Shown: positions 19,837 to 30,918 of the stretch, piece after piece
Layout: each line of letters starts with the position of its first letter
Position numbering within the stretch: position 1 is the first letter of the stretch
NCBI GenBank assembly: GCA_963745025.1
Contig: CAVUWD010000016.1
Location: forward strand, 608,001-672,000
Reading direction: 5' to 3'
Source of the DNA: an uncultured delta proteobacterium
GTDB taxonomy: Bacteria > Desulfobacterota > Binatia > JACPRU01
DNA length: 64,000 nt
Program-made: the position numbers and the translations under genes
Notes under the pieces: generated by a model
The model's database searches: none
Told to the model about the DNA's origin: nothing
Seen by the model: the letters and a program-made list of their open reading frames with translations, nothing else

Positions 19837-20343
19837 TCAACGTCCCGGAGGGACGGCGGTGTGCTCCGAAAGTTGTTTCGACAAATCCCGCTGGAGACTC
19901 CTCAGCCACAGGGCCTCCACTGTGAGAAATCGTTCTCCAACCACCTCGGCGATCCGTCGCATCAGGAGGTAACCGGAGGACGGGTCGGTTTCGAACAGTC
20001 GATGGAGATCATGACGTGTGAAGGCGAGGAACTCGCTCGGTTCCGTCGCCTTCGCGGAAAGGGCGAAGCGGTACGGCTTGACGAGGGCGGACCAGCCGAT
20101 CGTCTGCCCGGGCAATGCGGACTCGACGCAGACGTCCTCCACAACTCCGCCGAGGGACAACGGTAAGCACAGGTCGACCCTGCCGGAGAGGACCGCGTAG
20201 ATGCGGTCCGCGGCGTCACCGAGCAGAAAGACGTATTCTCCCTTCCGGCAGGATTGGGTTCGGGCAATCGCCGCCAGTCGTAATCGCTGCGATTCGTCCA
20301 GTCCTTCCAGAATATCGATTTTCCGCAAGACGTCCGGGTCCAT
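19837..20343 (-). CDS. Stand-alone cNMP-binding-fold protein (Crp-like, no HTH)
   Basis: GEYVFLLGD, YAVLSGRV, GWSALV; lacks the canonical Glu/Arg of the phosphate-binding cassette. Confidence 0.8.
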   Translation of the reverse strand: MDPDVLRKIDILEGLDESQRLRLAAIARTQSCRKGEYVFLLGDAADRIYAVLSGRVDLCLPLSLGGVVEDVCVESALPGQTIGWSALVKPYRFALSAKATEPSEFLAFTRHDLHRLFETDPSSGYLLMRRIAEVVGERFLTVEALWLRSLQRDLSKQLSEHTAVPPGR

Positions 20344-20367
20344 GGGCTTTCCTTAATCCACCAACGC

Positions 20368-20706
20368 TTAGTTCGTCGCCGCCTTTCGCATCGCGAACGT
20401 CTCGGAAGCGCGGCAGAGCGTCTCCACAGACGGGCTCGTCACGAACTCATCGGCCGCCGCGCGTTCCCTCGCCAGGTAGTCCTCGATTTGCACGACGACG
20501 GCGCGTCCGACCCGCACCTTCGGATCGACGGAGCCGGGCTTGGCGAAGAAGCGTGGTTCCCTGACGAGTTCTTCCGCCAGATTCCCCTCTTCCGCGGCGC
20601 GGGTCCGTCTTTTCGCCTCGATGCTGAGGTAACCGACGATCAGCATGAGAAAGGTGGGCACGATCATCAGCGCGATGAGTAGAGTCACGAGTACTGGGGT
20701 GGGCAT
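20368..20706 (-). CDS. Hypothetical single-pass membrane protein
   Basis: GAGGAG RBS, N-terminal TM helix, first gene after a sigma54 motif. Confidence 0.65.
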   Translation of the reverse strand: MPTPVLVTLLIALMIVPTFLMLIVGYLSIEAKRRTRAAEEGNLAEELVREPRFFAKPGSVDPKVRVGRAVVVQIEDYLARERAAADEFVTSPSVETLCRASETFAMRKAATN

Positions 20707-20771
20707 GGGGTTTTCTCCTCTGTTGCCGGAGAGGCTTCCCTTCGAAGCCTCTTTTGTTGTCACTAGATGAA

Positions 20772-20787
20772 TGCAACCCACATACCA
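20772..20787 (-). promoter_or_regulatory. Sigma54 -24/-12 promoter
   Basis: TGGTATGTGGGTTGCA (GG-N10-GC), directly downstream of an NtrC-type activator gene. Confidence 0.7.
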
Positions 20788-20893
20788 GTCGCGTATCCTC
20801 CGTAATGCTATGATTTCACGCCGAATTCAGGCATGGCGCAGAGGACATATCTGACAATCGGTCAGGACGAAAGTTACCGAGACTGACGGAATG

Positions 20894-22296
<1,403 letters not shown>

Positions 22297-22300
<4 letters not shown>

Positions 22301-24191
22301 GATCCCTCCACGCCTGCACGCCGAAAGATGATCTCGAAGCAGGAACCCACGCCGACTTCGCTCCGCACCATCTGGAGATCGCCTCCGAAGCGGCGCGCGA
22401 AGCTCCGTGAGAGGAATAGGCCAAGTCCCGTCCCATGCCGCTTCGAGCTCCGGAACGGCTCGAACAAGTGCTTGCAAAATTCCGGCGTGATGCCACTCCC
22501 CGTATCACTGACCAGAATCCGCACGTCCTCACCGACACGGAAGCCCACCGTGACCGCCCCTCCCCGGCCGCCGAGCGAATCGATCGCATTCACGAGGAGG
22601 TTCACGAGGACGTGCTGGACGACCTCGACGTTCGCAGTGACCGCGGGAAGCTGCTCATCCCCCGTGACGGAAACGGATGCACCGGCCTCCTTAGCCGTCG
22701 GTGCAACCAGCGCGATGACCGATTCCACGACCGCCCTCAGGTCGATCGGCTCGACGGAAGGCGGAATGCCTCGCGAGAACCGCAGGAACTGCTCGGTGAT
22801 TTTCCGACAGCGGAGGACTTCCTTGCGGATGATGTCCGCGTATTCGCGGATTGCCGAAAGCATCGTCTCCGCGTCGCGTTCGGACCCGGGATCGTCGATT
22901 CGACCGAGGACGGCTTCAGCGCAGATCAGCATCGAAGCCAGCGGCGTGTTCATCTCGTGCGAGAACCCCGAGGCGAGCGCGCCGAGCGACACGAGGCGCT
23001 CGACCTCTGCGAGTCGCTCTTGTTCTTTCACCCGTTCGCTGATGTCGCGCCAGACCTCGACCACCTGCACGACCCTACCGTTGTCGTCGAACACGGGGAA
23101 GAGTGGACTTCCTCCACGACCTCTGTGTCCCGATCTTCCGAACCGACGCGGAACACCGCACGTTGCACCTCGCCGTTCGCCATGCAGTGTGCGGTCAGGC
23201 AGTCGGCGCCGTCCCGTCCGCCATCGAGCATGCACTGAACCGCCTCGCTGCATCGGCGGCCCCGGAGCGTCTCGGGCGGGACACCGAATCGTTTGCAGAA
23301 GGAATTGTTGGCGGCGACCACGCGGTAGTCATCGTCGAGCACCACGAGACCGTCATCGACGCTGTTCAGCACGCTCCGCAGTTGGGCTTCTTGATCGCGC
23401 ACCTCGTTGATGAGGCGCGAGACCGAAGCGGCCATGTTGTTGAACTCTGCGGCCACGGTGGTGATCATGTCGTTGCCATCGACCACGGCCCGCTGCCCCA
23501 GTTCACCGCCGGCGATGGCCCGCGCCGTTCGACCCAGCCGCGCCAGCCGGACGAGGACCAACTGTCGCAAAACGACGGCCATGCCCCCGAGCAGGAGGAG
23601 CGCGAGGCCCACCGTGCCGGCGACGATCCAGCCGGTATCGCGCCGCAGCTGTGCCTGAGCCTCCGCCAGCGAAACGTCGAGGATGAGAATTCCGTTCAGG
23701 CGCTTTTTTGAATCGTGGCAATTTTGACATTCGGGCCGGTTCTCGAGAGGTAGAACTGTCCGCAGCGCGGCGCCTCCCTCGAGCAGGACATCGCGCTTGC
23801 GCTCTTCGGGCTTCAGGGAGTGACACGTCAGGCACGTCCCTTCTTCCTCCGGGGAGAGCTTCTTGTCGACGAGGTCCGCGCGGCTCGCGAAACGGATGAT
23901 GCCTTCGTGATCGAGGATCATCGCGTTTCGCACGTCGGGCTGCGTTCCGATCTCCTCGAGGAGCTTAGAAACCACCTTGTGCTCCCCCCGGACCAACCGC
24001 TGGCGGAGCGCGGTCTGGAGGACGAGGTTCTGCATCTCTGCCGCGCGACGCCGGGCCTCGATCGTGCGCTGCAGATGGAGGCGGGAAAGCGCGAGCAAAC
24101 CGACCGCGAGCGGAACGACGACAAGGAGGGTGATCCCGACGGCGAGTCGGATCGTCAAGGGGTCGACGCCCAAGACTCGACGATTGATCAA
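22297..24191 (-). CDS. Sensor histidine kinase (periplasmic 2x CxxCH domain, HAMP, PAS, HisKA, HATPase); frameshift near 23095
   Basis: CLTCH and CQNCH between two TM helices; HEMNTPL, NLLVNA, DTGSG, GTGLGL; one missing base at TCC CC(.)GTG TTC joins the two ORFs; TTG start after GGGAGG. Confidence 0.88.
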
Positions 24192-24433
24192 CCGGCATCC
24201 TCCCGACAAGTATGGGTCGAAGGCTATCACGCGTCCAATAAGCAATTCAAAGGCCAGCGCTCACTTCGAGGCCAAAGACGTTGCTTCGAGATTCCGGACT
24301 GCTTGATAGGCCTTCGCCACGCTTCGCCCGGCAACGTTACGTGTGACATCGGCGGACGTGGAGGGGCAAGAACGGGGCAAATAGTCATGATCGACTCGAC
24401 AAAGAAGGACGTAACTGCTTGAAATTGCTTTTG

Positions 24434-24507
24434 GCCCCCGTAGCTCAGGTGGATAGAGCACAGGATTCCTAATCCTGGGGTCGCGCGTTCGAGTCGCGCC
24501 GGGGGCA
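24434..24507 (+). tRNA. tRNA-Arg(CCT)
   Basis: Acceptor stem GCCCCCG/CGGGGGC, D-arm TAGCTCAGGTGGATAGAGC, anticodon arm CAGGA-TTCCTAA-TCCTG, T-loop GTTCGAGTC; CCA not encoded. Confidence 0.97.
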
Positions 24508-24554
24508 TTGATATTTCAGGCACTTGCGTTCTTCTCCTCACCGCCCTCGCCCTC

Positions 24555-24586
24555 AAAGTGTCCAGAAAGTGTCCACGACGGTCCAC
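24555..24586 (+). repeat. Direct-repeat triplet, left end of element 1 (candidate arm-type sites)
   Basis: aaagtgtccag / aaagtgtccac / gacggtccac. Confidence 0.75.
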
Positions 24587-24628
24587 AGAGGAACTTCGTG
24601 AAGGCGGCGACGGCGGTGCGCGGCCGAC

Positions 24629-25006
24629 GTGCTGATTCCTACCGACGCCAAGGTCGTTCGGACCTTCACGATCCCTCGACCGGAGGGTCCGACCTCTCGC
24701 GCGCTATGCCGCGCTTGCGACCTTCCCCACACGGATCTCCTCTGCTCCCACTTCGTCCACGTCGGGATCAAGGGGTTGCGCAATAGCGTCGAGGCATACA
24801 AACGCGACTTCGTGGAGGCGCTCTGCGACCGCGGCGAGCAAGAGCGGCTGAACAGCGCATGGGTGCAATGCGTCGCGGGCGGCAATCCTTGCTGGCAACG
24901 CCGTGTGGAGATCGAGGATCTTGATTTCGCCCTCGAGGTCGCCGGACTCCCGGCGGAGTTCACGGTAGCGCGCCCCTCCCCGACGGGCCCGATGATTTTT
25001 GTTTGA
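24629..25006 (+). CDS. Hypothetical Cys-rich protein (possibly a fragment)
   Basis: 125-aa ORF inside element 1 with CRAC..CSH..C..C; no family recognised. Confidence 0.35.
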   Translation: MLIPTDAKVVRTFTIPRPEGPTSRALCRACDLPHTDLLCSHFVHVGIKGLRNSVEAYKRDFVEALCDRGEQERLNSAWVQCVAGGNPCWQRRVEIEDLDFALEVAGLPAEFTVARPSPTGPMIFV

Positions 25007-25324
25007 CGGGCGCCTTGTCCGTGCGCCGCCGTAGACACGGGAGTGTCGAAGGACGAATATCGGAGCGTTACGTCAACCAGGCCGCTTGTCCTGGCTAACC
25101 TCTATGAGTGGAGAATCGATCCGGATCGACAGAGTTCTGACGACCCGCTCGCGATTCGTGTGCTCATGAACGCCACCGACTTTTAAAGAGAGCGCGAGTC
25201 TTTACCTATCTCGGCGAACGCTGCGGGTGGTGGGACGGTGGTAACAAAAAGCCATGAGTCGATGAGATCAACAGATTTAATTGTCGATGATCAGTGTTTC
25301 TTTGCGGATCATGGATGAAGGCGC

Positions 25325-25675
25325 ATGAAGGGGCCATCGTTCGTGTGGTTTATGGGAATCACCGCGATGTTCGCGTTGTTCAGCAGCTGCGCGTTCTTCA
25401 GCCATCAACCGACCGGCCATATCTCGGTGAAAGCGGTTTCTTGGAAGCTGGTCCAACAATACGCTGAACCTGAGGCCGGATTGGTGGGGCACAAGATAAC
25501 GATCATCGATCCTTCGGACGGCCGAGTCGTTGCGGAGAAGCTAACGGATAATCTTGGATACGCCATCTTCGACGTGCCCGCTGGCAGCTATACCATAGAG
25601 GGTATCGGCGGTGAGCCTCAAAATGTCATTGTTTCGCCGGGTCAGACAGTCGGGTTTAAGTTGATCGTGCATTAG
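25325..25675 (+). CDS. Putative lipoprotein with a transthyretin/carboxypeptidase-regulatory-like beta-sandwich
   Basis: Lipobox-like FSSC, TDNLGYAIFDVPAGSYTI; lower GC than the flanks. Confidence 0.65.
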   Translation: MKGPSFVWFMGITAMFALFSSCAFFSHQPTGHISVKAVSWKLVQQYAEPEAGLVGHKITIIDPSDGRVVAEKLTDNLGYAIFDVPAGSYTIEGIGGEPQNVIVSPGQTVGFKLIVH

Positions 25676-26029
25676 TGCCATCTGAAGTGGACGACACAGG
25701 TCGGTCCGGTCCTAGCGCCGCGCGCGAAAGAGGAACCGCGACGGCGCGCGAGGCCGGCTCCCCTGCCCTCTTCGATCGCCGAATCCCGAGCAGGGAGCGT
25801 CCGGTTTATCAACCGGATGGTCCGCCAGAAAACTGTCGCGCGCCCGAGCCCTTTGGGAGCGAGTCGAAAAAACACGAGCCGCGGAGGCGAGCATATTCCT
25901 GTCCGTTGCTACACCCGACCACCGGGGAACCCCACGGGTCGCCCCCCGGTCTGCTAAGTAAGGGGGCCCCCTTCCCGCCTCTCGGCGGCGAGTTTCTCAT
26001 GCGAAAGACATCCGGCGACTCCTGCCGTC

Positions 26030-26062
26030 GAGGTGTCCACCGGGTGTCCACGAGGTGTCCAC
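26030..26062 (+). repeat. Direct-repeat triplet, right end of element 1 (candidate arm-type sites)
   Basis: gaggtgtccac / cgggtgtccac / gaggtgtccac, 11-bp period. Confidence 0.8.
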
Positions 26063-26167
26063 CGTGAGCTTTCTTGACCGACGTTGACCTACTACCCGCA
26101 CGGGCTAAACGTCGATTTGCCGCTGTGATACGCTCCGAGCTGCCTTGGCGTGAGCCGGCGCGCTTGT

Positions 26168-26209
26168 TTCCTAATCCTGGGGTCGCGCGTTCGAGTCGCG
26201 CCGGGGGCA
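26168..26209 (+). repeat. att site: 42-bp copy of the tRNA-Arg 3' half
   Basis: ttcctaatcctggggtcgcgcgttcgagtcgcgccgggggca, identical to 24466-24507. Confidence 0.97.
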
Positions 26210-26237
26210 CTTAGGTTTTTTGCTTCTGAACGTTTGT

Positions 26238-26265
26238 TTGACCAACTATTTTGACCAACTACAGC
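26238..26265 (+). repeat. Direct-repeat doublet, left end of element 2 (candidate arm-type sites)
   Basis: ttgaccaacta-tt-ttgaccaacta-cagc. Confidence 0.85.
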
Positions 26266-26291
26266 TTTGAGAAGGCTTAAAGCTCCCGGGC

Positions 26292-26590
26292 TCATCCTCG
26301 GCCTTCTCCGAGAAGCGCCTGCATCTTCGTCGCTGCATCGTGCTTCATTCTGTCGACGACGTGCTGTAGATGACCGTCGTCGATATTTGGCTATGGCCGA
26401 GCATCTGCATGATGGTGCGCTCGTGGACGCCTTGCAGGGCGAGGAGCGTACCCGCGGTGTGGCGGAGGTCGTGAAAGCGCACGGCTGGCAGCCCCGCACT
26501 CTTGAGCAGCGCCTTGAAGTCGCGTCGGAGGTTCCGCGGATGGATCGGCGTCCCGAGTGTGGTCGTGAAAACGAGGCCGTGCTACCATCC
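26292..26590 (-). pseudogene. Tyrosine recombinase/integrase C-terminal remnant
   Basis: HGLVFTTTLGTPIHPRNLRRDFKALLKSAGLPAVRFHDLRHTAGTLLALQGVHERTIMQMLGHSQISTTVIY (HxxR, LGH, Y); upstream in-frame stop and downstream frameshift. Confidence 0.9.
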
Positions 26591-26938
26591 AGCCTTCCTT
26601 GCGGCGGACGACCGATTTCCGGATGCGCACTTCCTCGCGGTATGGGGCGGAGAAGGCGAGTTCGACGAGCTCGAACGGGGGCGCCACAGTGATGAAGGCC
26701 AAAAGTGCGCGGATGAGAAGTGCAAGGCCGCCGCGGCGAACGTCGAAGCGGTCTACGATGAGCTAGAGCGGCGCACCTACGAATTCCTCGACCTCGGCTG
26801 GATTTATGACGCAAAGAACGCCGACCCCGAAGGCTTCGAGGCGCGCATGACGGCGGGCGATCGTCTCGTCGGAATTCCGACTCGCGATGAACTCCTCGAG
26901 GCGAGACGCGCGGCGGGGCTGGCAGCGGAGGTGATGCA

Positions 26939-27166
26939 GTGAGCCCGGCATGGATCAAGGGGCTAAAGGAGACGCAGGAGCGCCTCATGGCGGAGATCAA
27001 GAGCCACTGCGGGCTGCTGGATAGCGACCAACCGGATCTCTCGAGGCTCAGGATGGGCGATCTTCGCAAGCTCGGGGTCGTCATGGACGACTACATGCAC
27101 AGCACGGTTGCGGAAGCCGAGAAGGAAGCGGGCGAAAACGGCGCCGGCACCGAGGTGACGCAGTGA
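26939..27166 (+). CDS. Small hypothetical phage-like protein
   Basis: GTGA overlaps with neighbouring short ORFs on both sides (ending 26942 and starting 27163); GGAGG upstream. Confidence 0.45.
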   Translation: MSPAWIKGLKETQERLMAEIKSHCGLLDSDQPDLSRLRMGDLRKLGVVMDDYMHSTVAEAEKEAGENGAGTEVTQ

Positions 27167-27513
27167 GCGCCGCCGCGCCAGCGATCAAGGTCGGCGACCG
27201 TGTTCGTATTTCGAAGGCCTGGCTCCAGCGGAACGGCGCCGTGAACGATCCGAAGATGCGCGGCGTCCAGTGGTTGCCACGCGAACGATCCGCAAAGAAG
27301 GCAGATTCGCCTCGATCAAGTTTGATGAGTGCGACGAGCCAGAGGAGTGGGGGATCGAGGCGTTCGTGTGGTTTCGATTGATCCGCGGCGGACTCGATGG
27401 AGTCGGGAGCTAGGGGCGATGGCCGTCAAGCTCCGCGAATGGCAGCGCGATGATGTTCGGCGACGGCTTCGCGAACAGGCCACGCCTGACGCGCGTGGGG
27501 GAGGTACCTTACG

Positions 27514-27816
27514 ATGAGATTCAGGAGGGGGCGTTTTTATCTACTGGCAACGATGGTCGCCCTTGCGGCCCTCAACCCGTTTTCACAGCGCATCGCTGTC
27601 GCTCAGATTCCGGATGCGCCCGGAACCTTCACAGATTCAGACGGGGACGGGGTGAGCGACGACGCTGGGGAAGCCGAGCCTCTAGAGAAAGGGGTTAAGC
27701 CCAAATCCAACGAACCCGCGCCCGACCCCGCTCGTGACACGATCGACGAAATGAACAGGGCCACGGAAAGGGCCAGCGGTACCCCGGAGCCAGAACCGAC
27801 ACCAAAGTGGGACTGA
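27514..27816 (+). CDS. Small exported protein, copy 1 (contains DSDGDG motif)
   Basis: GGAGG RBS, signal peptide (AVA), paralog at 34644..34913. Confidence 0.75.
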   Translation: MRFRRGRFYLLATMVALAALNPFSQRIAVAQIPDAPGTFTDSDGDGVSDDAGEAEPLEKGVKPKSNEPAPDPARDTIDEMNRATERASGTPEPEPTPKWD

Positions 27817-27824
27817 GCAAGGCG

Positions 27825-28106
27825 ATGTTCGGCGACGGCTTCGAGCAGAGCACCATTAAGGTCGGCCTTCTTCTAATCGTGCTCGTAGCCGCTCAGGGCT
27901 GCGCAACGCACGTCGTGGAGTCCGTCGCCGTCGTGAAGTCGGATCCGCGTTCTGTCATCGTGCATTCGCCGGGGAACGACGCCGCAAAGGCTCAGGAGGT
28001 AGCGGACGCCGAATGCGCCAGAAACTTACTTTTCGCGGTGGCGGTGGAAGCTGATCCCCACGAAGAGAACTACGTGTTCAAATGCGTCGACCGTTTCGGG
28101 AACTGA
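27825..28106 (+). CDS. Putative small lipoprotein (start uncertain)
   Basis: Hydrophobic stretch then AQGC lipobox; ADAECAR..YVFKC. Confidence 0.55.
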   Translation: MFGDGFEQSTIKVGLLLIVLVAAQGCATHVVESVAVVKSDPRSVIVHSPGNDAAKAQEVADAECARNLLFAVAVEADPHEENYVFKCVDRFGN

Positions 28107-28107
28107 C

Positions 28108-28707
28108 ATGCGCACGGCCGCGGGCTTCGCCCTGGTGCTCGTTTTCGCCGCCTGCGCAGCGCCCATGCCGCGCCCTGAGCCCGCGGCGCTGGAGGCGAGG
28201 GCCGAGCTACCTCCGCACGTCGTAGAGGTCGCCTACGGGCTCTACTCGTGCGAGCGCGGCTACGTCATCCGGCAAGGCTGCTGCATCTCGCTCGCTGACA
28301 TCCCGCCAGGGCCTGTCGTGGAGATCTCGAGCCTACCCTCGGCCGGCGACGGGGCGCCGAGAATTTGTCCGAGCGGCGGCTGCGGCTCCTACGTCATGCC
28401 GACCTATTTGACCTCATACTCGGCGCCGGCCTACGGATACCCCTGGTACGGCTACGGCGGCTGGCCCGGCTTCTACTACGGCAGCCGGTTCTGCGCCCCG
28501 CACGTGCGACGCTTTCGCGGAGGCGAGCTGGCCTTCGCCGGGTTCGGCTCGTTCGGGCGGGAGCGGAGGCTCGCGCCGGCCGGATTCTTCGGTGCGCCTC
28601 CGCGTCAGTCGCCCGCGGTGCGCCGCTCCACGGGCGGCAGGTTCTTCGCCGGGAGCTCGCGCGGTGTTGCAGCACAGCGCAGCGCCAGGGGTGGAGCGTG
28701 GCGGTGA
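28108..28707 (+). CDS. Putative Cys- and Tyr/Gly-rich lipoprotein
   Basis: FAAC lipobox, SCERGY..CC, CPSGGC, YGYPWYGYGG. Confidence 0.55.
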   Translation: MRTAAGFALVLVFAACAAPMPRPEPAALEARAELPPHVVEVAYGLYSCERGYVIRQGCCISLADIPPGPVVEISSLPSAGDGAPRICPSGGCGSYVMPTYLTSYSAPAYGYPWYGYGGWPGFYYGSRFCAPHVRRFRGGELAFAGFGSFGRERRLAPAGFFGAPPRQSPAVRRSTGGRFFAGSSRGVAAQRSARGGAWR

Positions 28708-28743
28708 AGCAACGCTGAACTTCTCCCCTACCCTTTTCGATTC

Positions 28744-28770
28744 TTGACCAACTATTTGACCAACTACAGC
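28744..28770 (+). repeat. Direct-repeat doublet, right end of element 2 (candidate arm-type sites)
   Basis: ttgaccaacta-t-ttgaccaacta-cagc, one base shorter than the left copy. Confidence 0.85.
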
Positions 28771-28880
28771 ATCATTCGCAGTGGAATCTATGGACGTGCG
28801 ACCCGAGGAGAAACACCTGAAAGCCAGGAAAAACGCGGATTCTGGACGGAGTGGAAGCCAGCGGAAATGCACTATTCGAT

Positions 28881-28922
28881 TTCCTAATCCTGGGGTCGCG
28901 CGTTCGAGTCGCGCCGGGGGCA
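28881..28922 (+). repeat. att site: third copy of the 42-bp tRNA-Arg 3' half
   Basis: Identical to 24466-24507 and 26168-26209. Confidence 0.97.
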
Positions 28923-29277
28923 TAATGATTTTGGCTACTTGTTCCGATGCGCGGACTTGCCATCTGAAGCTGTGCCACTGTAGCAGTGGCGGCCGGTGCC
29001 TGTCCCGGGCGGTGCGGAAAGTAGCCGAGCACGTCCCGGTGACGGTGCAAGCGTCTCCCGAGTCGCGGACGGGAGTGTGCCGATAACGGAATTGCGTCAT
29101 GGCGTCATCGTGTAGAGTTGGCTACGCTCTGTCCCTTATGTTGACGTGCAACCCCTCTAGTGTTTCCTATGGTCCGTGCCGGGGGCCTGAACGGGCATCT
29201 GGCCCTCCGCTCCGAACGAGAAAGTAATCGCCGGCGGAGCCCGAGATCTGCGGGCCGTTGCAGAGAGAGGAACCGCC

Positions 29278-30918
29278 ATGACTGCATCAGACACCTCGAC
29301 CGAACTCCGTTTTGAGCCGCCAGGGCCAGGATCGTGGGAGCAAGACCCCGTACACTTCCCGCGCCCGATGACGCGCTACTTCCAGGAGACGCATCCCCCC
29401 TCCTTCAAGAGGGGCACCAACGACTTCGCCCGCTTCTACGGGATGCTCATCGACGGCCTCCAGATCGCCTACGTGAACGGCTTCGGCTACAACCAGGTAC
29501 TGCCGGCTCCGGACGCCGAACTCCCCGGGCGCTTTCAGCGCGCTGAACAAGTCTTCGCGCAGAAGCTCTGGCGGGAGCAGCTTCGCGACTGGGACGAGAA
29601 TCGCAAACCATCCTCCATTGCCACGCACCGGGAGCTGCAGGCCGTCAATCCGGACGCCCTCTCCGACGCGGAGCTGGTCGCCTATCTGACGCGCTGTCGC
29701 GACCACCATTCGGCCATGATCGCCCAGCACATGCGCTTCACCGCCGGTGCCGTGATCCCAACCGGGGACTTCCTCGCACACGTCGGGGACTGGACGGGTC
29801 TGCCGCCATCCGAGCTGCTGGGCCTGATGCGTGGTTCGGCAGTGGTGTCCTCGGGTGGCTCCGACGAGATGGAGCGCCTGAAGAGGACGTTCGCCCAGGA
29901 TCCCGCTGCCCGCGAGGTCCTCGCATCTGACGGCGACCCCGCACAGGTGCTCGCGAGCCTGCGTTCCCTCGGGGGCGAAGCAGGAGCGGCGGTCTCCGGC
30001 TACCTCGACTTGGTCGGCAACCGCCTTATCGACGGCTTCGACATCGCCGAGCCCTCGGCGCTCGAAGTGCCGGACGCACTCCTTAGGGCCATCCGCATCG
30101 CCGTTTCCGGAGAAGCCCAGGCCGCCTCGGACGTCGATGCCCGCATTGCCGAAGTCCGCGCCCAGGTCCCCGCGGCGCACCAGGCCCAGTTCGACGAACT
30201 GCTCGGCGAGGCCCGCCTCACCTACCGCCTCCGCGACGAGCGTGGCGTCTACAGCGACATCTGGGCCTCGGGCCTCATGCGGCGCGCCACCCTTGCGGCT
30301 GGCCGGCGGGTTGCGAGTCGCGGCCGCATCGCCACCCCCCAGCAGATGCTGGACGCCAGCCTCGACGAGATGTGCGCGCTGGTCGCCGGCGCTGGTGGCC
30401 CGTCCGCGGACGAGCTCGCCAAGCGCGCCGAATACCGCGCGACCCACACTGCCAAAGACGTCCCGCCCTTCCTTGGCCCGCCCAAACCGCCCCCGCCTGA
30501 CCTCGCGGCCCTTCCCCCATCGGTCGGCCGCCTCATGCGCGCGACCTTCATCGCCTTGGGCCACCTCTTCGGGAGCTCCCAGGCGCAGAACGAAGAAAAG
30601 ATCCTCTACGGGCTCGCGGCGAGCAAGGGCGTCTACGAAGGGCCCGCGCGCCGCGTCTCCGGCCCCAACGAGTTCGGCCGGATCGCCAAGGGCGACGTGC
30701 TCGTCACCGAGTCGACGACCGAGGCCTTCAACATCCTCCTCCCGCTCCTTGGCGGGATCGTCACCGACAACGGCGGCCTCCTTTCACACGCGGCGATCGT
30801 CTCGCGCGAGTACGGCATCCCCGGCGTCGTCGGGACCCGCGAGGCGACCGAACGCATCGCCGACGGCGTCCTTGTCCGCGTTGACGGCGATGCCGGCGAA
30901 GTCACGGTGCTTGGATGA
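29278..30918 (+). CDS. PEP-utilising enzyme-like subunit: helical substrate domain plus phospho-His swivel domain
   Basis: GLAASKGVYEGPAR, GDVLVT, GGLLSHAAIVSREYGIPGVVG, VRVDGDAGEV; no ATP-grasp domain. Confidence 0.88.
   Translation: MTASDTSTELRFEPPGPGSWEQDPVHFPRPMTRYFQETHPPSFKRGTNDFARFYGMLIDGLQIAYVNGFGYNQVLPAPDAELPGRFQRAEQVFAQKLWREQLRDWDENRKPSSIATHRELQAVNPDALSDAELVAYLTRCRDHHSAMIAQHMRFTAGAVIPTGDFLAHVGDWTGLPPSELLGLMRGSAVVSSGGSDEMERLKRTFAQDPAAREVLASDGDPAQVLASLRSLGGEAGAAVSGYLDLVGNRLIDGFDIAEPSALEVPDALLRAIRIAVSGEAQAASDVDARIAEVRAQVPAAHQAQFDELLGEARLTYRLRDERGVYSDIWASGLMRRATLAAGRRVASRGRIATPQQMLDASLDEMCALVAGAGGPSADELAKRAEYRATHTAKDVPPFLGPPKPPPPDLAALPPSVGRLMRATFIALGHLFGSSQAQNEEKILYGLAASKGVYEGPARRVSGPNEFGRIAKGDVLVTESTTEAFNILLPLLGGIVTDNGGLLSHAAIVSREYGIPGVVGTREATERIADGVLVRVDGDAGEVTVLG

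Larger units (their letters stand above)
24508..26209. mobile_element. Miniature tRNA-integrated element 1 (1.7 kb, no integrase)
   Basis: Bounded by the tRNA 3' end (24466-24507) and an identical 42-bp copy (26168-26209); GTGTCCAC-type triplets near both ends. Confidence 0.8.
26210..28922. mobile_element. Miniature tRNA-integrated element 2 (2.7 kb, integrase remnant only)
   Basis: Bounded by att copies 26168-26209 and 28881-28922; TTGACCAACTA doublets at both ends; tyrosine-integrase fragment. Confidence 0.85.

Noticed and set aside
23085-23105. Programmed frameshift in the sensor kinase
   Set aside because: No slippery heptamer or stimulatory structure; a single-base loss in a short run fits sequencing error better.
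25700-26020. Phage packaging (cos-like) site or ncRNA in element 1
   Set aside because: Only a vague impression from G/C runs and hairpins; no terminase and no recognisable consensus.
26168-28922. Extra tRNA genes or a CRISPR array from the 42-bp repeats
   Set aside because: Copies lack the 5' half and D-arm and are kilobases apart; they are att sites. No cas genes or regular spacers anywhere in the window.
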